Counted from the whole stretch's first letter, positions 1-11,960 are shown. The stretch: 62,859 nt of DNA, filler included, from Pirum gemmata (GCA_002812295.1; 27 parts of 27 records of this genome joined end to end with filler, not necessarily neighbours in it), one strand, 5' to 3'. Translations and numbers: made by a program. The notes: a model not told the origin generated them from the sequence alone.

Positions 1-70
1 TAATAATAATAATAATAATAATAATAATCAACCCATCTTTAATACCCATTTGTATAAATAAATAAATTAG

Positions 71-138
71 GTATTGTTGCTTTTACGTTTGATGATATTG
101 ATGAAGATATGATCGAAGAAGCTCAACAAGAAGTATAA
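71..138 (+). CDS. Putative terminal exon of an unknown gene
   Basis: Acceptor aattag|GT, then (G)IVAFTFDDIDEDMIEEAQQEV*. Non-repetitive island in AT-rich DNA. Confidence 0.45.
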
Positions 139-269
139 TATCTAACATATTAATTAAAAAAACAAACAAACATGTGTGTGTGTGTGGCTACCTCGAGTTA
201 TTAATTATAATTTATTATTATATAAATATATATGATAATATCCACTATGTACCAAATTCGCTAAATAAT

Positions 270-385
270 ATACTAATATGATCATAAGCTATACTAATAT
301 GATCATAAACTATACTAATATGATCATAAACTATACTAATATGATCATAAACTATACTAATATGATCATAAACTATACTAATATG
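270..385. repeat. 21-bp minisatellite, about 5.5 copies
   Basis: Unit CTATACTAATATGATCATAAA, containing the palindrome TATGATCATA. Confidence 0.9.
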
Positions 386-503
386 GTCACATAGTTAAGT
401 AATATGATTTTCTAATATAGTAATATTTATCCAAACATAATGATAATAATATTTTAAATATAGTATTATATTATCATCTATATATTAAATTTTTTAATTT
501 TAA

Positions 504-637
504 GGGAGCGCTCAAATACTATGTAACACCAATTTCCGGTCAAATACAGCTTCAAATACCCCTGCTTACCTACCCCTTGACGTTAATTTCCGGGTACCTA
601 CCTACCCCTTGACGTGACGTATTATTTTAACGCTCCC
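504..637. mobile_element. MITE family A (PIF/Harbinger-like)
   Basis: TIR GGGAGCG...CGCTCCC with flanks TAA/TAG. Homologous to 35972-36111 and to the partial copy at 2146-2228. Confidence 0.75.
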
Positions 638-670
638 TAGTAATTCATAGATTTAAAATAATAATAATAG

Positions 671-851
671 CGTGCTTTTCAGTGGTTTTGTCATCATAAA
701 ATATACAATAAAGAGTACCAAATTAATACAATATAAATCCATTTCATTTAATTTGGTATGTTTTATTATCTATTTATTCATTTAAAAATGTCAATTTAAA
801 AATTATAACCTACCAAATAAATATTCGGAGTGACAAAATAAATGAAAAGCG
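671..851. mobile_element. MITE family C (~180 bp)
   Basis: TIR CGTGCTTTTCA...TGAAAAGC. Copies at 27069-27254 and 36951-37111; partial copies at 35280-35320, 46817-46890 and 47364-47476. Confidence 0.8.
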
Positions 852-922
852 CTATACTAATAATAATAACTTATTCGACTATGCATAGAAAAATTTAAAA
901 AAAAATTCAGCACGAATTTGTT

Positions 923-1154
923 AGTAGGGGTGAGATGACGTCATTTTATTATTACCGAACAGCTACGGAACTTTTCCGATTTTTATGGTTTTATTACTAT
1001 TAATGTTAATGTTATTACTTTAATTGGCATCTATTATAATTAGATTTACTATTTTAAGCCTTTTAACTGCTATTATTAGTAAGGAACAAGGAACTAAGGT
1101 TGGCTCGATAAGCATCTGTTCGAAAAAAGTTCTAGTAGATATCTCACCCCTACT
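923..1154. mobile_element. MITE family B (hAT-like) with intact 8-bp TSD
   Basis: Perfect 14-bp TIR AGTAGGGGTGAGAT; direct repeat AATTTGTT at 915-922 and 1155-1162. Inverted copy at 10053-10240 and truncated copy at 46973-47128. Confidence 0.85.
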
Positions 1155-1171
1155 AATTTGTTATATTATTG

Positions 1172-1947
1172 TAGACATGGACTACCAGTAAAAAATCTGA
1201 AGATGGAAAAATCTGATGATAGAATTGAATCTAGAAGGTATGTTTGTCAATTAAGACATCTAGATTGGTATTTTTAGACTTTAAAACCATCGTTTGAATC
1301 GATATTTTTTTTTTGATCCTTGATTTTGCTCAAAAAAAAAAAANNNNNNNNNNNNNNNNNNNNAATAATGTTGAGCGGGCACGTGAAAGCCTTAAGTACA
1401 AGATAAACTGGGTCCAAACAGGATGATTCCTTTTGGTTCAGTTTAACAGATTCGCAGTCATAAATGTCACGTGACCCAAAGGTCCAGGGTTCGATTCCCG
1501 CAAAGTCACACGGGTTAAAGCCGATAAATAAAAGTCCCATAAAGCATTAAAAGCCTCTACGTGAGGGGGTGTGTTGAGCGGGCACGTGAAAGCCTTAAAA
1601 GTACAAGATAAACTGGGTCCAAACAGGATGATTCCTTTTGGTTCAGTTTAACATGAAATACCGATCTAAATGTCTTAGTTGACAAAAATACCCTTATAGA
1701 TTCAATTCTATATGACTACATACCAGTAAGAAGATAGAATTGAATCTAGAAGGGTATGTTCGTTTGAATCGATATTTTTTTTTTGATCCTTGATTTTGCT
1801 CAAAAAAAAAAAAAGTGTTATCCAGATGTGGATGAAAGAGTTTGAAATACCGATCTAAATGTCTTAGTTGACAAAAATACCCTTATAGATTCAATTCTAT
1901 GTTCAGATTTTTTTTATCTTCAGATTTTTTACTGATAGTCTAGTCTA
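1172..1947. mobile_element. Foldback element with ~100-bp TIRs, an internal partial duplication and a nested TRIM
   Basis: 1172-1273 is the imperfect reverse complement of 1845-1947. The internal blocks 1291-1343 and 1654-1711 recur at 1761-1813 and 1843-1900. Confidence 0.7.
1369..1653 (+). mobile_element. TRIM (miniature non-autonomous LTR retrotransposon, copia-type), 285 bp
   Basis: LTRs at 1369-1448 (80 bp) and 1572-1653 (82 bp), identical except for an AA indel, both TGTT...AACA. PPT GAGGGGGTG lies directly before the 3' LTR and a candidate PBS GATTCGCAGTCA directly after the 5' LTR. Confidence 0.85.
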
Positions 1948-1951
1948 TAGT

Positions 1952-2127
1952 CTATCGTCTAGTCTATCGTGTTTTTTAGTTCAAAAACTGAAACAAAACC
2001 TACCAAATTAAACTATCGGGCATTTTTTAATTAATTCGGTACTATTATATAAATAAATTCAATTTTACACTTTTTCAAAACAGTACCAAATTAAATATTT
2101 AGAGGGCAACTAATAAAGTAGACGATA
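1952..2127. mobile_element. Dispersed repeat / MITE family E
   Basis: Ends CTATCGTCTA...TAGACGATA. Core TCAAAAACTGAAA..CCAAATT..GAGAGG recurs at ~27630-27829, ~31826-31928 and ~48691-48840. Confidence 0.6.
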
Positions 2128-2145
2128 AATATCGTGCTTTTCCTA

Positions 2146-2228
2146 ATACCCCTGCTTACCTACCCCTTGACGTTAATTTCCGGGTACCTACCTACCCCTT
2201 GACGTGACGTATTATTTTAACGCTCTCT
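2146..2228. mobile_element. MITE family A, right half
   Basis: Nearly identical to 556-637. Confidence 0.75.
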
Positions 2229-3481
2229 AGTAATNNNNNNNNNNNNNNNNNNNNNNNNNNNNNNNNNNNNNNNNNNNNTTAATTAATTAANNNNNNNNNN
2301 NNNNNNNNNNNNNNNNNNNNNNNNNNNNNNNNNNAAAAAAAAAAAAAAAACACCAAAAATTTGGGGGGGGGGGAAAATTCGCATTTTTTTTTTTTTTTTT
2401 TTAATTTTAACTCTTGTTCGAGGGTTGGTGTTTTTTGATTGGTTAATGGATGTATATATTTTTGCCTTGAGGAACTTTCAAGTTCTTTGGTGGACATTAT
2501 TATCTTTTCGAAATGTTTCGAAACACATTTTATGGGTTTTCTATGTGGAATAAACCTCTGACTTTTTTGCCAAAATCGTGACCTTTTTTCTTTTCTAAAT
2601 CTTATGATGATTTTTTTTTTTTGTACTGTAATCTCCTATGATAATTATATTATTATCATTATTGTTTCTAGCTAGGTAATTATTTTTTAATATGATATAT
2701 TATTGATGGATTTGGAGGTATACAAAAAAATTGCTTACAAAAAGAGCTTTGGTTTATTAGTAATTATTACTTCATATTGATATCGACAGTATACTACTTA
2801 AATATGGCCATATAATATTATCGAAAAAAATTAATAGATACTATATAATAATAATATACAAAAGCTTAGTTTTTATATTTTACAATAACAATATTAATAA
2901 TAATAGTAATAAGGGAATCATTCATTCTTCTGTTTTTTAGTTTATTTATAACCAAAATAAACAATTAATGTTTAATATGAAACGATTTTATATTTGTTAT
3001 AATATTAATATAAATAATATATACTAATGATGTAATATTGATAATAATATATCAAGATAATGATCATGAATTATATAATATTAATATTATCTCTTTTTTA
3101 TTTATTTATATTAATAATTATTAATCAATATTCATACTTATTAATTGTTTTTTATTAAACACCCATTGGAATAAACAGTTTATTATTAGTTTATTTTGAT
3201 TTCTTATAAATAATATTATAAATGTTATTTTATATATAGTTTTATATTAAACTGTATTTTAATTAACAAAAATAATTAATCACATAATATATATTAATTA
3301 ATATACATATTATCTCTTTTTTATTTATTTATTAATCAATATTTATTTGTCTCCTCTATTGGAATCAACATTAGTTTATTTTGATTTCTTATTAATAATA
3401 TTATGTTATATTTTAAACTAAATTTTAATAATAATTAATCATATATTATATTTTAATTAATATATACATTGTATAGACACT

Positions 3482-3642
3482 TTATGCGACAAAAGCGTAA
3501 AATTGTGTGAATACTGGCATCGTTACAGTGTCTTTGCACATTTCACAGTTGCATGTTGATATATCAGTTTCACGCTGACTAACTATGGGCCTTGGAAATA
3601 TAGGGATGCCGGCAGGGTCTCCGAAGGATGGATAATTGGTAC
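3482..3642 (-). CDS. Putative terminal exon of an unknown protein with a CxCxxC motif
   Basis: Acceptor ttag|GT, then (G)TNYPSFGDPAGIPIFPRPIVSQRETDISTCNCEMCKDTVTMPVFTQFYAFVA*. GC-richer island. Confidence 0.4.
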
Positions 3643-4661
3643 CTAACTACTTATACTATAACTAGTAGTACTGAATCCGAATTTTCGTAAATATAATAAT
3701 TATTACTTGAAAATATTTCAAAACATGATTATTTGTTATTTGTTTATTTTGGAATGCTGGCTAAGAATTGTATTCGCCAATACTTGCAATTGTGAGTTGC
3801 TTTTGGTCTAACGAGCTTATTTATTTATTTTTTAAAAAAAACAAAATAAAAGTGAGGGGATTTGGGGGACACATGTTAGTATTTTGCTTTTAAGTGTCAA
3901 CAATCAACTATATACACTTTATGTTTTATTTATTACTCAAAATAAATATTGTTGCTAAAAAATGAATCGAAAAGAAAATTTTATATATTGTGTTATTTCA
4001 ACTATGTCACAGCATAATATTTCCAAGCATTTTTTTATTTTGAAAACACTGAACTACAAAGTATAATAAAGCATATTATATCGATACATAGTATATATAC
4101 TGCACATAGCTCTACGGAACATAGTTTATGTGATAGTTAATTAATCATTAAATCAGCACAGTGAAATCAGCTTGCTTTTTTATTCTTTATGTTTCGAGCT
4201 GTCCTACATAAAAGCCGACCTATGGACCTATGATACTTTATCTTCTCCCTACCTAGCTAGCTAGCTAGCCAGTTAGGCAACATACTACTGTGATATCATA
4301 GCTAGAAAGAGTTCCACTACTAGCTAGTAGCTAGTAGTACGTATAAACTAGAAAGTATATAATACGATATCTACCATGGTAGATAGACATATACTTAACT
4401 AGGCATACTTATGATAACTACTCTTAATTAAAACACTAGCTAGCTAGCTACTATCGTACTATGATGGACTAGCTAGTCTCTATCGGTCAGAAAAAAGGGC
4501 TCATATGAGCCCATCCATTTTTTCCCTTTTTTTCTAAAAAAAAATTTTTTTTACTAAGANNNNNNNNNNNNNNNNNNNNNNNNNNNNNNNNNNNNNNNNN
4601 NNNTTAATTAATTAANNNNNNNNNNNNNNNNNNNNNNNNNNNNNNNNNNNNNNNNNNNNAT

Positions 4662-6845
4662 AATAATAATAATAATAGTGAGAGTGAGAGTGAGAGTGAC
4701 ATGTTTTCCAGTGACAGCGAAGATTTGAGCCATTTAAGAGAAGGTTTATCAGAAGTTACCAAAACGAAAATAAAAGATAAAGAAAATGATACTGACATAG
4801 AAAAAGAAAATGAAGTAAAAATGGATAAGTTAAAGAAAGACTTATTAGAAAAACAAGAACTAGAACAAGAACAAGAACAAAAACAAGAACAAGAACAACC
4901 ACAGCAACCACAACAACCACAACAACCACAGCAACCACAACAACCACAACAACAACAGCAACCACAACGACCACAGCAACCACAACAACAAGAGCAAGAA
5001 AAACAAGAAAGAAAAATCGAAATAGTAAGAGAAAATGAAAATGAAAAGGAATTCAAATTGAAAAACGAAAAAGAAAGCGAATTTTCGCAAGTTAAAGAGC
5101 CAGAAAAAGAAAAAAAAGCTTCAAAGGACAAAGAGAAAGAAAAGAAACGCAAACTAAAACTAAAAGAAGAAAAAAAGAAACGCGAAAGTAGCGAAAAAAC
5201 TGATAATGATGGGGAGGAAATAAGAAAGAAGAAAATTAAAATTGAAAAAAGAAAGCGCGAAAACAATAATAAAACTGATAGTGACAACAACAACAACAAC
5301 AGCAACAATAAAACAGATACTGATGATGATGATGATGATAATGATAAAGATAAAGATAAAGATAAAGATAAAGATAAAGATAAAGATAAAGATAAAGATA
5401 AAGATAATGCTAATGATAATGATAATGATAATGATAATGATGATGATGAAAAAATAATAAAAGAAAGAAAGAAAGTTAAATTAGAGAAAAGAAAATTCGA
5501 AAATGACGAAAAAACAGATAGTGACGATGAAAAAGAAAAAGAAAAAGAAAGAAGAAAGAAACTTAAGTTGTTAGAAAAACGAAAGCGTGAGATTAGCAAC
5601 AGCAAACTTGATAGTGATGACGATGAACAACCACAACCACAACAACCACAACAACCACAACCACAAATCAACAAAGAAAGAGAGAAAGAAAAAGAAAGAA
5701 GAAGAAGGAAAAAAGAAAAAAGAAAACGCGAAAACGAAAAAACAGATAGTGATGATGATGAAATTTACAACAAAGAAAAGGAACAAAAGCGAAAAGTAAA
5801 AGTAAAAGTAAAAGAAGAAAAAGATAAGAAAGCATCAAATACAACTGATAGTGATAATGATAATGATAATGAACAAAGTAGAGAAAAACAAAAAGAACGT
5901 AAACGAAAGAGAGCAAAACAACGAAAATTAAAACAACTAAAAGACGAACTAGAAAAGCAAAAAAAAGAATTTACACAAAGTGATAGTAATAGTAGTAGTG
6001 ATAGTGATCTTGATGTTATTACTAAAGAAAAAGATAAAAGGAAAAATAACAACAACAATAACAATAACAATAACAATAACAATAACAATAACAATAACAA
6101 TAACAAAAGTGATAGTGATGATGGTGATGATGATGATAAGAAAAAAATAAAAACAAAAAGAAAAAAAATAAAAGAAAAACATGAACTAAAAAAGAAAAAA
6201 AGAGAAAAAGAAAGGAACAGTGATAAAATGAGAATTAAAACAAAAGAAAAAGAAAACAACGAACAGTTATTATCTGAAAAACAAAAGCAAAAATTAAAAC
6301 TAATCGGAAAACAAAAATTACAGAAAAAATTAGAAAAATCAAATAGTAGTGATTTACTTGGTTTGCACTCTCCCCGCCGTTCACGTTCGCCTTCACCCAG
6401 CCATGATAAAGGAGGTAAACCAAAAGACCGCCGTTCACCCTCGCCTTCAAAAACCAAAGATACCCGTTCACCATCACCAGCTTTTAAAAGAAAATCAGAT
6501 TCTTCATCATCTCCTTCTTTTTTGCGCGAAAAAGAAAACCGCGCAAGCTCGCCGTTTTCTTCTAATGAAAAACAAAGGAAAAAAATGAAATATAGCGAAG
6601 AATCTGCGAATGTTATATCACCGTCTACAACTACCACTTCGACACCAACAAGGCCTTTGGCGTCGGCTTTAACATTGCCTAACCAAGGGGTTACGGTAAC
6701 TCTTAACGTAGATGATAGTGAAATTGGAGATAATGATGTAAATAATAATAAGGATCAGAATGAAATAGGTAAAAGTGTTAGTGAAAAGAAGGATGAAATC
6801 CAAGTTGATAATAGTTCTGGTGGTGTGAGTAATAATAATAATAAT
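4662..6845 (+). CDS. Internal fragment of a large Lys/Glu-rich disordered protein, probably nuclear
   Basis: Frame is open across the whole contig (>725 codons). Repeated KRKRExxxTDSDD units, poly-N/Q/DK tracts and RSPSP motifs. Confidence 0.8.
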
Positions 6846-7800
6846 ANNNNNNNNNNNNNNNNNNNNNNNNNNNNNNNNNNNNNNNNNNNNTTAATTAATT
6901 AANNNNNNNNNNNNNNNNNNNNNNNNNNNNNNNNNNNNNNNNNNNNTATTATTATTATATTACTAATAATTTTAATTAATTATTTTAATTAGTTATCATT
7001 ATCATTATGAATTATGAAAGAAGGAGAGGGTAAAAACAATCAGCTATTTAGTGATGCAAATGTGATAAAAATGTTGTTGGCGGTCGTGGTTGTGGTCCGT
7101 GGTTGGTGTTGTTGTTTTGGTTATTTTGTTAGTGGTGGTGATGGGTGTTGCTTCGTGATCGTGGTGGACATGGCAGTAGCAGTAGGTAGTCGAGGTCGTG
7201 GTAGTAATAGTAATAGTTGGTGGTCGTGATAGTAGTAATAATAGTTGGTGGTCGTGATAGTAGTAATAATAGTTGGTGGTCGTGGTCGTGGTCGTGGTAG
7301 TCGTGGTAGTAATAGTTGGTGGTCGTGGTCATGGTCGTGGTCGTTGTTGGTTGATATTGAATTTAAAAACCAAACATACTAATAGTAAAGAAATTAATAT
7401 AAAATATAAAGAAAAATTATCACAATAATCAGTTATTTATAAATAGAATATATATATATGAAAAAGTTCCGAAAGACCCAAATCTGGTTCCATATATATA
7501 TGTGTGTGTGCGTGTGTGTTATCATGTCATGTATAAAAAAATAACACATGGCATGTTACTGCTATATTACTATACTGCTATTATGTACGTATTATTATTA
7601 ATTGTTATTACTAGTATATACAACAACAACTCATAGGTATATAATACATTACCAAATAACAATAATACTATAAAAAGAAATCATAAATGATGTTAATAAT
7701 ATTAATGATGAATATATACATATATAGACGTTAATAGAGGCAAATTAACGTCTATATATATATATATATATATGACATTAACAATAACATTTACATATAC

Positions 7801-9114
7801 ATTTTCATGCTTAGCTCGTACACAGGGGTCATTTCCAAGTCCAAAGCTTCACATTTCGATATCAACTGTGTCATGTGCCTTAAATAAAATAAAATACCAA
7901 TAAATAAAAATAAAAATGGTCAGTAATATTAAATATGAAACATACACGGGTTAGGGTTAGGGTTAGGGTTAGGGTTGGGGGTTGGGTTGGGGGTTGGGGT
8001 TAGGGGCTAGCGTTAGCGTTAGCATTAGGGCTAGCGTTAGAGTTAGCGTTAGAGTTAACGTTGGGGTTAGGGTTAGGGTTAGCGTTAGCGTTAGCGTTAG
8101 CGTTAACGTTAGCGTTAACGTTAGCGTTAGGGTTGGCGTTAGCGTTAGCGTTATCACACGCACACACATAAATATAAAGTATATATATATATATATATAC
8201 CTCATTGCAATATCAGATGTGTCCGAAAAGTCATCAACCGCAATAGAATAACCTTCTACACACTGGCAAGTGACAGCAGAAACCTTAAATATATATTTTT
8301 AAAAGATACACATTTTATTTATTTGTCAGAGCTAAAATTACAATTTCAATTGTGAGGGAATTGATCAGAATTTTAGTGTGTGTGTGTGAATACTTAAAAT
8401 AATGATCATAACTATGATTATTAGTATTAGTAGTATCATTTGATTTGATTTTGTTGTTTGGTTGTTTTGCTATTATTATTATTATTATTGTTTGCTCTTG
8501 CTGTTGTTTTCAATGTAGCCATTTTTTGGTTTTGTAATTATTGTTATCGATGTTAATTTTGATGCTGTTGTTTTGTTGTTGTTGTTGTAATTGTGCTATT
8601 GCTATTGCTATTGCTATTGTTATTGTTATTGTTATTGTTATTGTTATTGTTATTGTTATTGTTATTGTTATTGTTATTGTTATTGTTATTGTTATTGTTA
8701 TTGTTGTTGCCGTTGTTGTTGTAGTTGTTGTTGTTCCTATTGTTATTGTTATTGTCATAGTTGTTAATACTACATCATAATATTTGAATACATGCCATTT
8801 TATTAATTCAATGTGTATGATAAAACATTTTACCGTGTGCAAATCTAATTGCATATCTTTCATCATATTATTNTTATTGTTATTGTTATTGTTATTGTTA
8901 TTGTTATTGTTATTGTTATTGTTATTGTTGTTGCCGTTGTTGTTGTAGTTGTTGTTGTTCCTATTGTTATTGTTATTGTCATAGTTGTTAATACTACATC
9001 ATAATATTTGAATACATGCCATTTTATTAATTCAATGTGTATGATAAAACATTTTACCGTGTGCAAATCTAATTGCATATCTTTCATCATATTATTCAGT
9101 GAGCCCACAAGTTC
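7801..9114 (-). CDS. BORCS6: BORCS6/lyspersin-like BORC subunit, 3 exons (partial)
   Basis: Exons 9114-9058, 8283-8201 and 7878-7801 are GT/AG-bounded and phase-compatible. They give [72 protein letters not shown], which fits the BORCS6 pattern MxxLxxxCEELDxxMxP. Confidence 0.75.
7948..8152. repeat. Interstitial telomere-like tract TTAGGG/TTGGGG/TTAGCG inside a BORCS6 intron
   Basis: Read directly; lies within intron 7879-8200. Confidence 0.95.
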
Positions 9115-9299
9115 CTAGTAGATTTTAAAAAAAAAAATTAATAACAAAAACATATATATATNNNNNNNNNNNNNNNNNNNNNNNNNNNNNNNNNNNNNNN
9201 NNNNNTTAATTAATTAANNNNNNNNNNNNNNNNNNNNNNNNNNNNNNNNNNNNNNNNNNNNATTTATTATTTATTATTTATTATTATTATTACATTAGA

Positions 9300-9800
9300 A
9301 ATGAGCAATCCAGAAAACAAAATATTTCCTACAACTGCAAAGTTTAATTTTACTAATCTTAACTGCAAGGAAAGTCAGTCTTTAGCATCGTGGAAAAGTA
9401 TATACTAAGCAAAGCTACCAAAGAGGATAGAGTAGCATTAAAAAGAAAGAGTAAAGCATGTTCTCCAGTTGTTTTGATACTTGTGACGATCTTCCGGAGG
9501 TCGATGATGATGATGATGGTGATGATGAACTTTCTGTTGAAGACATAGTCAATAATGAGCTGGAAATATTAGAAGAGTATAGACAGAATGTAAACCCAAA
9601 AAAAAACAGAAAAATAAGATTTAAAAACTTTGACATTGCTGCATGGTGGAAAGATAAGACAGAATCTCTTCCTATTCTGGCAGCATGTGCTTTTAGGATT
9701 CTAGCTATACCAGCGTCTGGACTCTGGTGCTCCTGCTGAAAGAGCCAATTCTAATTTGGGATTCCTTGGTTGTGGAAACAAGAGTAGAATTTGATGCTAC
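9300..9800 (+). pseudogene. Degenerate hAT transposase C-terminus (dimerisation domain)
   Basis: FDIAAWWKDKTESLPILAACAFRILAIPAS, then after a 7-nt insertion GAPAERANSNLG, matching hATC WW..P.L...A..L.IPASS...ER.FS. Upstream frameshifts are also present. Confidence 0.85.
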
Positions 9801-10052
9801 TGCTTTAATTAAGCAATAGAGTTGTAATATCAAATATTATGGAAGGAATGAACTTCTGAAAAGGTTTGTTTTTGAACAATAGACTATGGTACTTTTTTCA
9901 TTTTCTTTCGATCTTTTTTGTTTTGTAACCGATGAACATCATCAATTATGGTAATAAAGATACTAAATATAGACTAGAGAAATTCTGAAAATTGGTCGGA
10001 TCGGATCGGAGTAAAAATGTCGGCCGGGGAAACAAAATGGTCGGGTCGGGTC

Positions 10053-10240
10053 GTAGGGGTGAGATATCTACTGAAACTTTTTTCGAACAGATGCTTATCG
10101 AGCCAACCTTAGTTCCGTGTTTCTTACTAATAATAGCAATTAAATAGCTTAAAATAGTAAATCTAATTATAGTAGTTACCAATTAAAAAAATAACATTAA
10201 CATTAATAGTAATAAAAAAAAACGTCATCTCACCCCTACT
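10053..10240. mobile_element. MITE family B, inverted copy with an internal deletion
   Basis: GTAGGGGTGAGAT...ATCTCACCCCTACT; the body is the reverse complement of 923-1154. Confidence 0.85.
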
Positions 10241-10792
10241 ATAGCGGCCTAGCTAGCTAGATCTAGAACAAAAACTGAACTTACTGACATTTTTACCTAC
10301 TACTAGCTAGCTAGAAAGTTTTACTGACTACCGCCGTAGCTAGTTTGACCAACTAGCTATCATAGCATACAAATCATAGTATCATCTAGTTTGATATAGT
10401 TTTTTGAACGTCATCACCCCCCAAGCAAACATTTAGACTCCAGAGTACCAATCTCGTCCAGAAATGTAAAACTTTACCCTAGACGATTACTTTAGAAAAC
10501 AAAAAAAAATTGAAAGAAAAAAAAAGGATCTTCCAATCACCATATTTTTAGCACATTTTTTAAAATAAAAGGTTATCATTGGAGTACTAAAATTGAAATC
10601 GTCTATTGAAATGGGGTTTTTTTTTTGTGTCCATTCGTGTCATCGTATGGTTTTTCTTGACTCCAAAAGAGGGATGATTTTTTGCTTGAGATGTTTTTTT
10701 AACTTAAGGGCCAGTAACTTGGCAGTAAGGGATTCCCAAGTTAGACTAGGCGAGTTAGGCTAGGCGAGTTAGAACATAGAGGCGAGTTGGAA

Positions 10793-10885
<93 letters not shown>

Positions 10886-11960
10886 TCTACTATTAATCTC
10901 CAGATATTCTAGCCAGATATTTTGGTATGATACTATTTTGGTTATATGTATACCGGGTAGTGAGTCTAGTGACTTGCAGGAGGAACAATGCTTTAGGTAT
11001 TATTATTGGTTTAGGTATTGTTTTAGCAAATAATAGATTTGCCATCAGATTTGGGGACTTTTGGGGAATATGATTGGAACTTGAGAATAATATGGTTCAT
11101 AGTGAATACAGATTAGTATGAGACTACTACTGCTACTGATATAATCAAATTTGAATCTATTTGATGATCATGAGTTACTTAAACCAATCACATCAATATA
11201 ATTAAAGTGCATGTTGTGATTTGTTTAAAGTCAGGATAAAAGTTAGGAAATCAAAAAATTTTTAAAAAAAAAAAGCTATTTTAAAAAAATATGACATCAT
11301 TTGTACGTTATAATTACAGACTTTTACATAGGTTTTTACAACTGCTTTTACGCAATAATTAATTTTTACGTAATAATGTCTTATGTTAAAATACAGGTTA
11401 CATTCTGATTTGTTTAAAGTCAGGATTAAAAGTCAGAAAATCAATAGACAAGTCATTTTAAAATTATGGCATCCCATAGTGGCATCNNNNNNNNNNNNNN
11501 NNNNNNNNNNNNNNNNNNNNNNNNNNNNNNTTAATTAATTAANNNNNNNNNNNNNNNNNNNNNNNNNNNNNNNNNNNNNNNNNNNNGATAGTAATAACAA
11601 TGATAACAACAACAAATAAATTAAAAAAATCAAAAACATAAACACAACAAACAAACACATAAACATAAAACCAGTACAAAAAACCACAACACACACAAAT
11701 ACAAATACAAACACAATAAACACGCTAAACAAAATAAACATAACAAACACAACACACACAACAAATACAAATAAAAATACCACCATAAACACAACAGTCA
11801 TAAACACAACAACCATAAACACAACAACTGTAAATACAACAACCATAAACACAACAAACACAAACATAACAAACCACAAACCACAAACCACAAACCACAA
11901 ACTACAAACCACAAACTACAAACTACAAACTGCAAACTAAAAACTACAAAAATGCATTAC

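Noticed and set aside
1421..1510. tRNA gene
   Set aside because: A B-box-like motif is present, but acceptor and anticodon stems cannot be formed. It is part of the TRIM.
8620..9092. Exact tandem duplication including part of a BORCS6 exon
   Set aside because: The identical copies are joined by a single N at 8873, which indicates an unmerged contig overlap.
9116..10895. Shared TAGTAGATTTT-poly(A) LINE tail at 9116 and ~10880
   Set aside because: The 9116 copy is the polypyrimidine tract and acceptor of a BORCS6 exon. The poly-T at 10796-10878 could equally be intronic.
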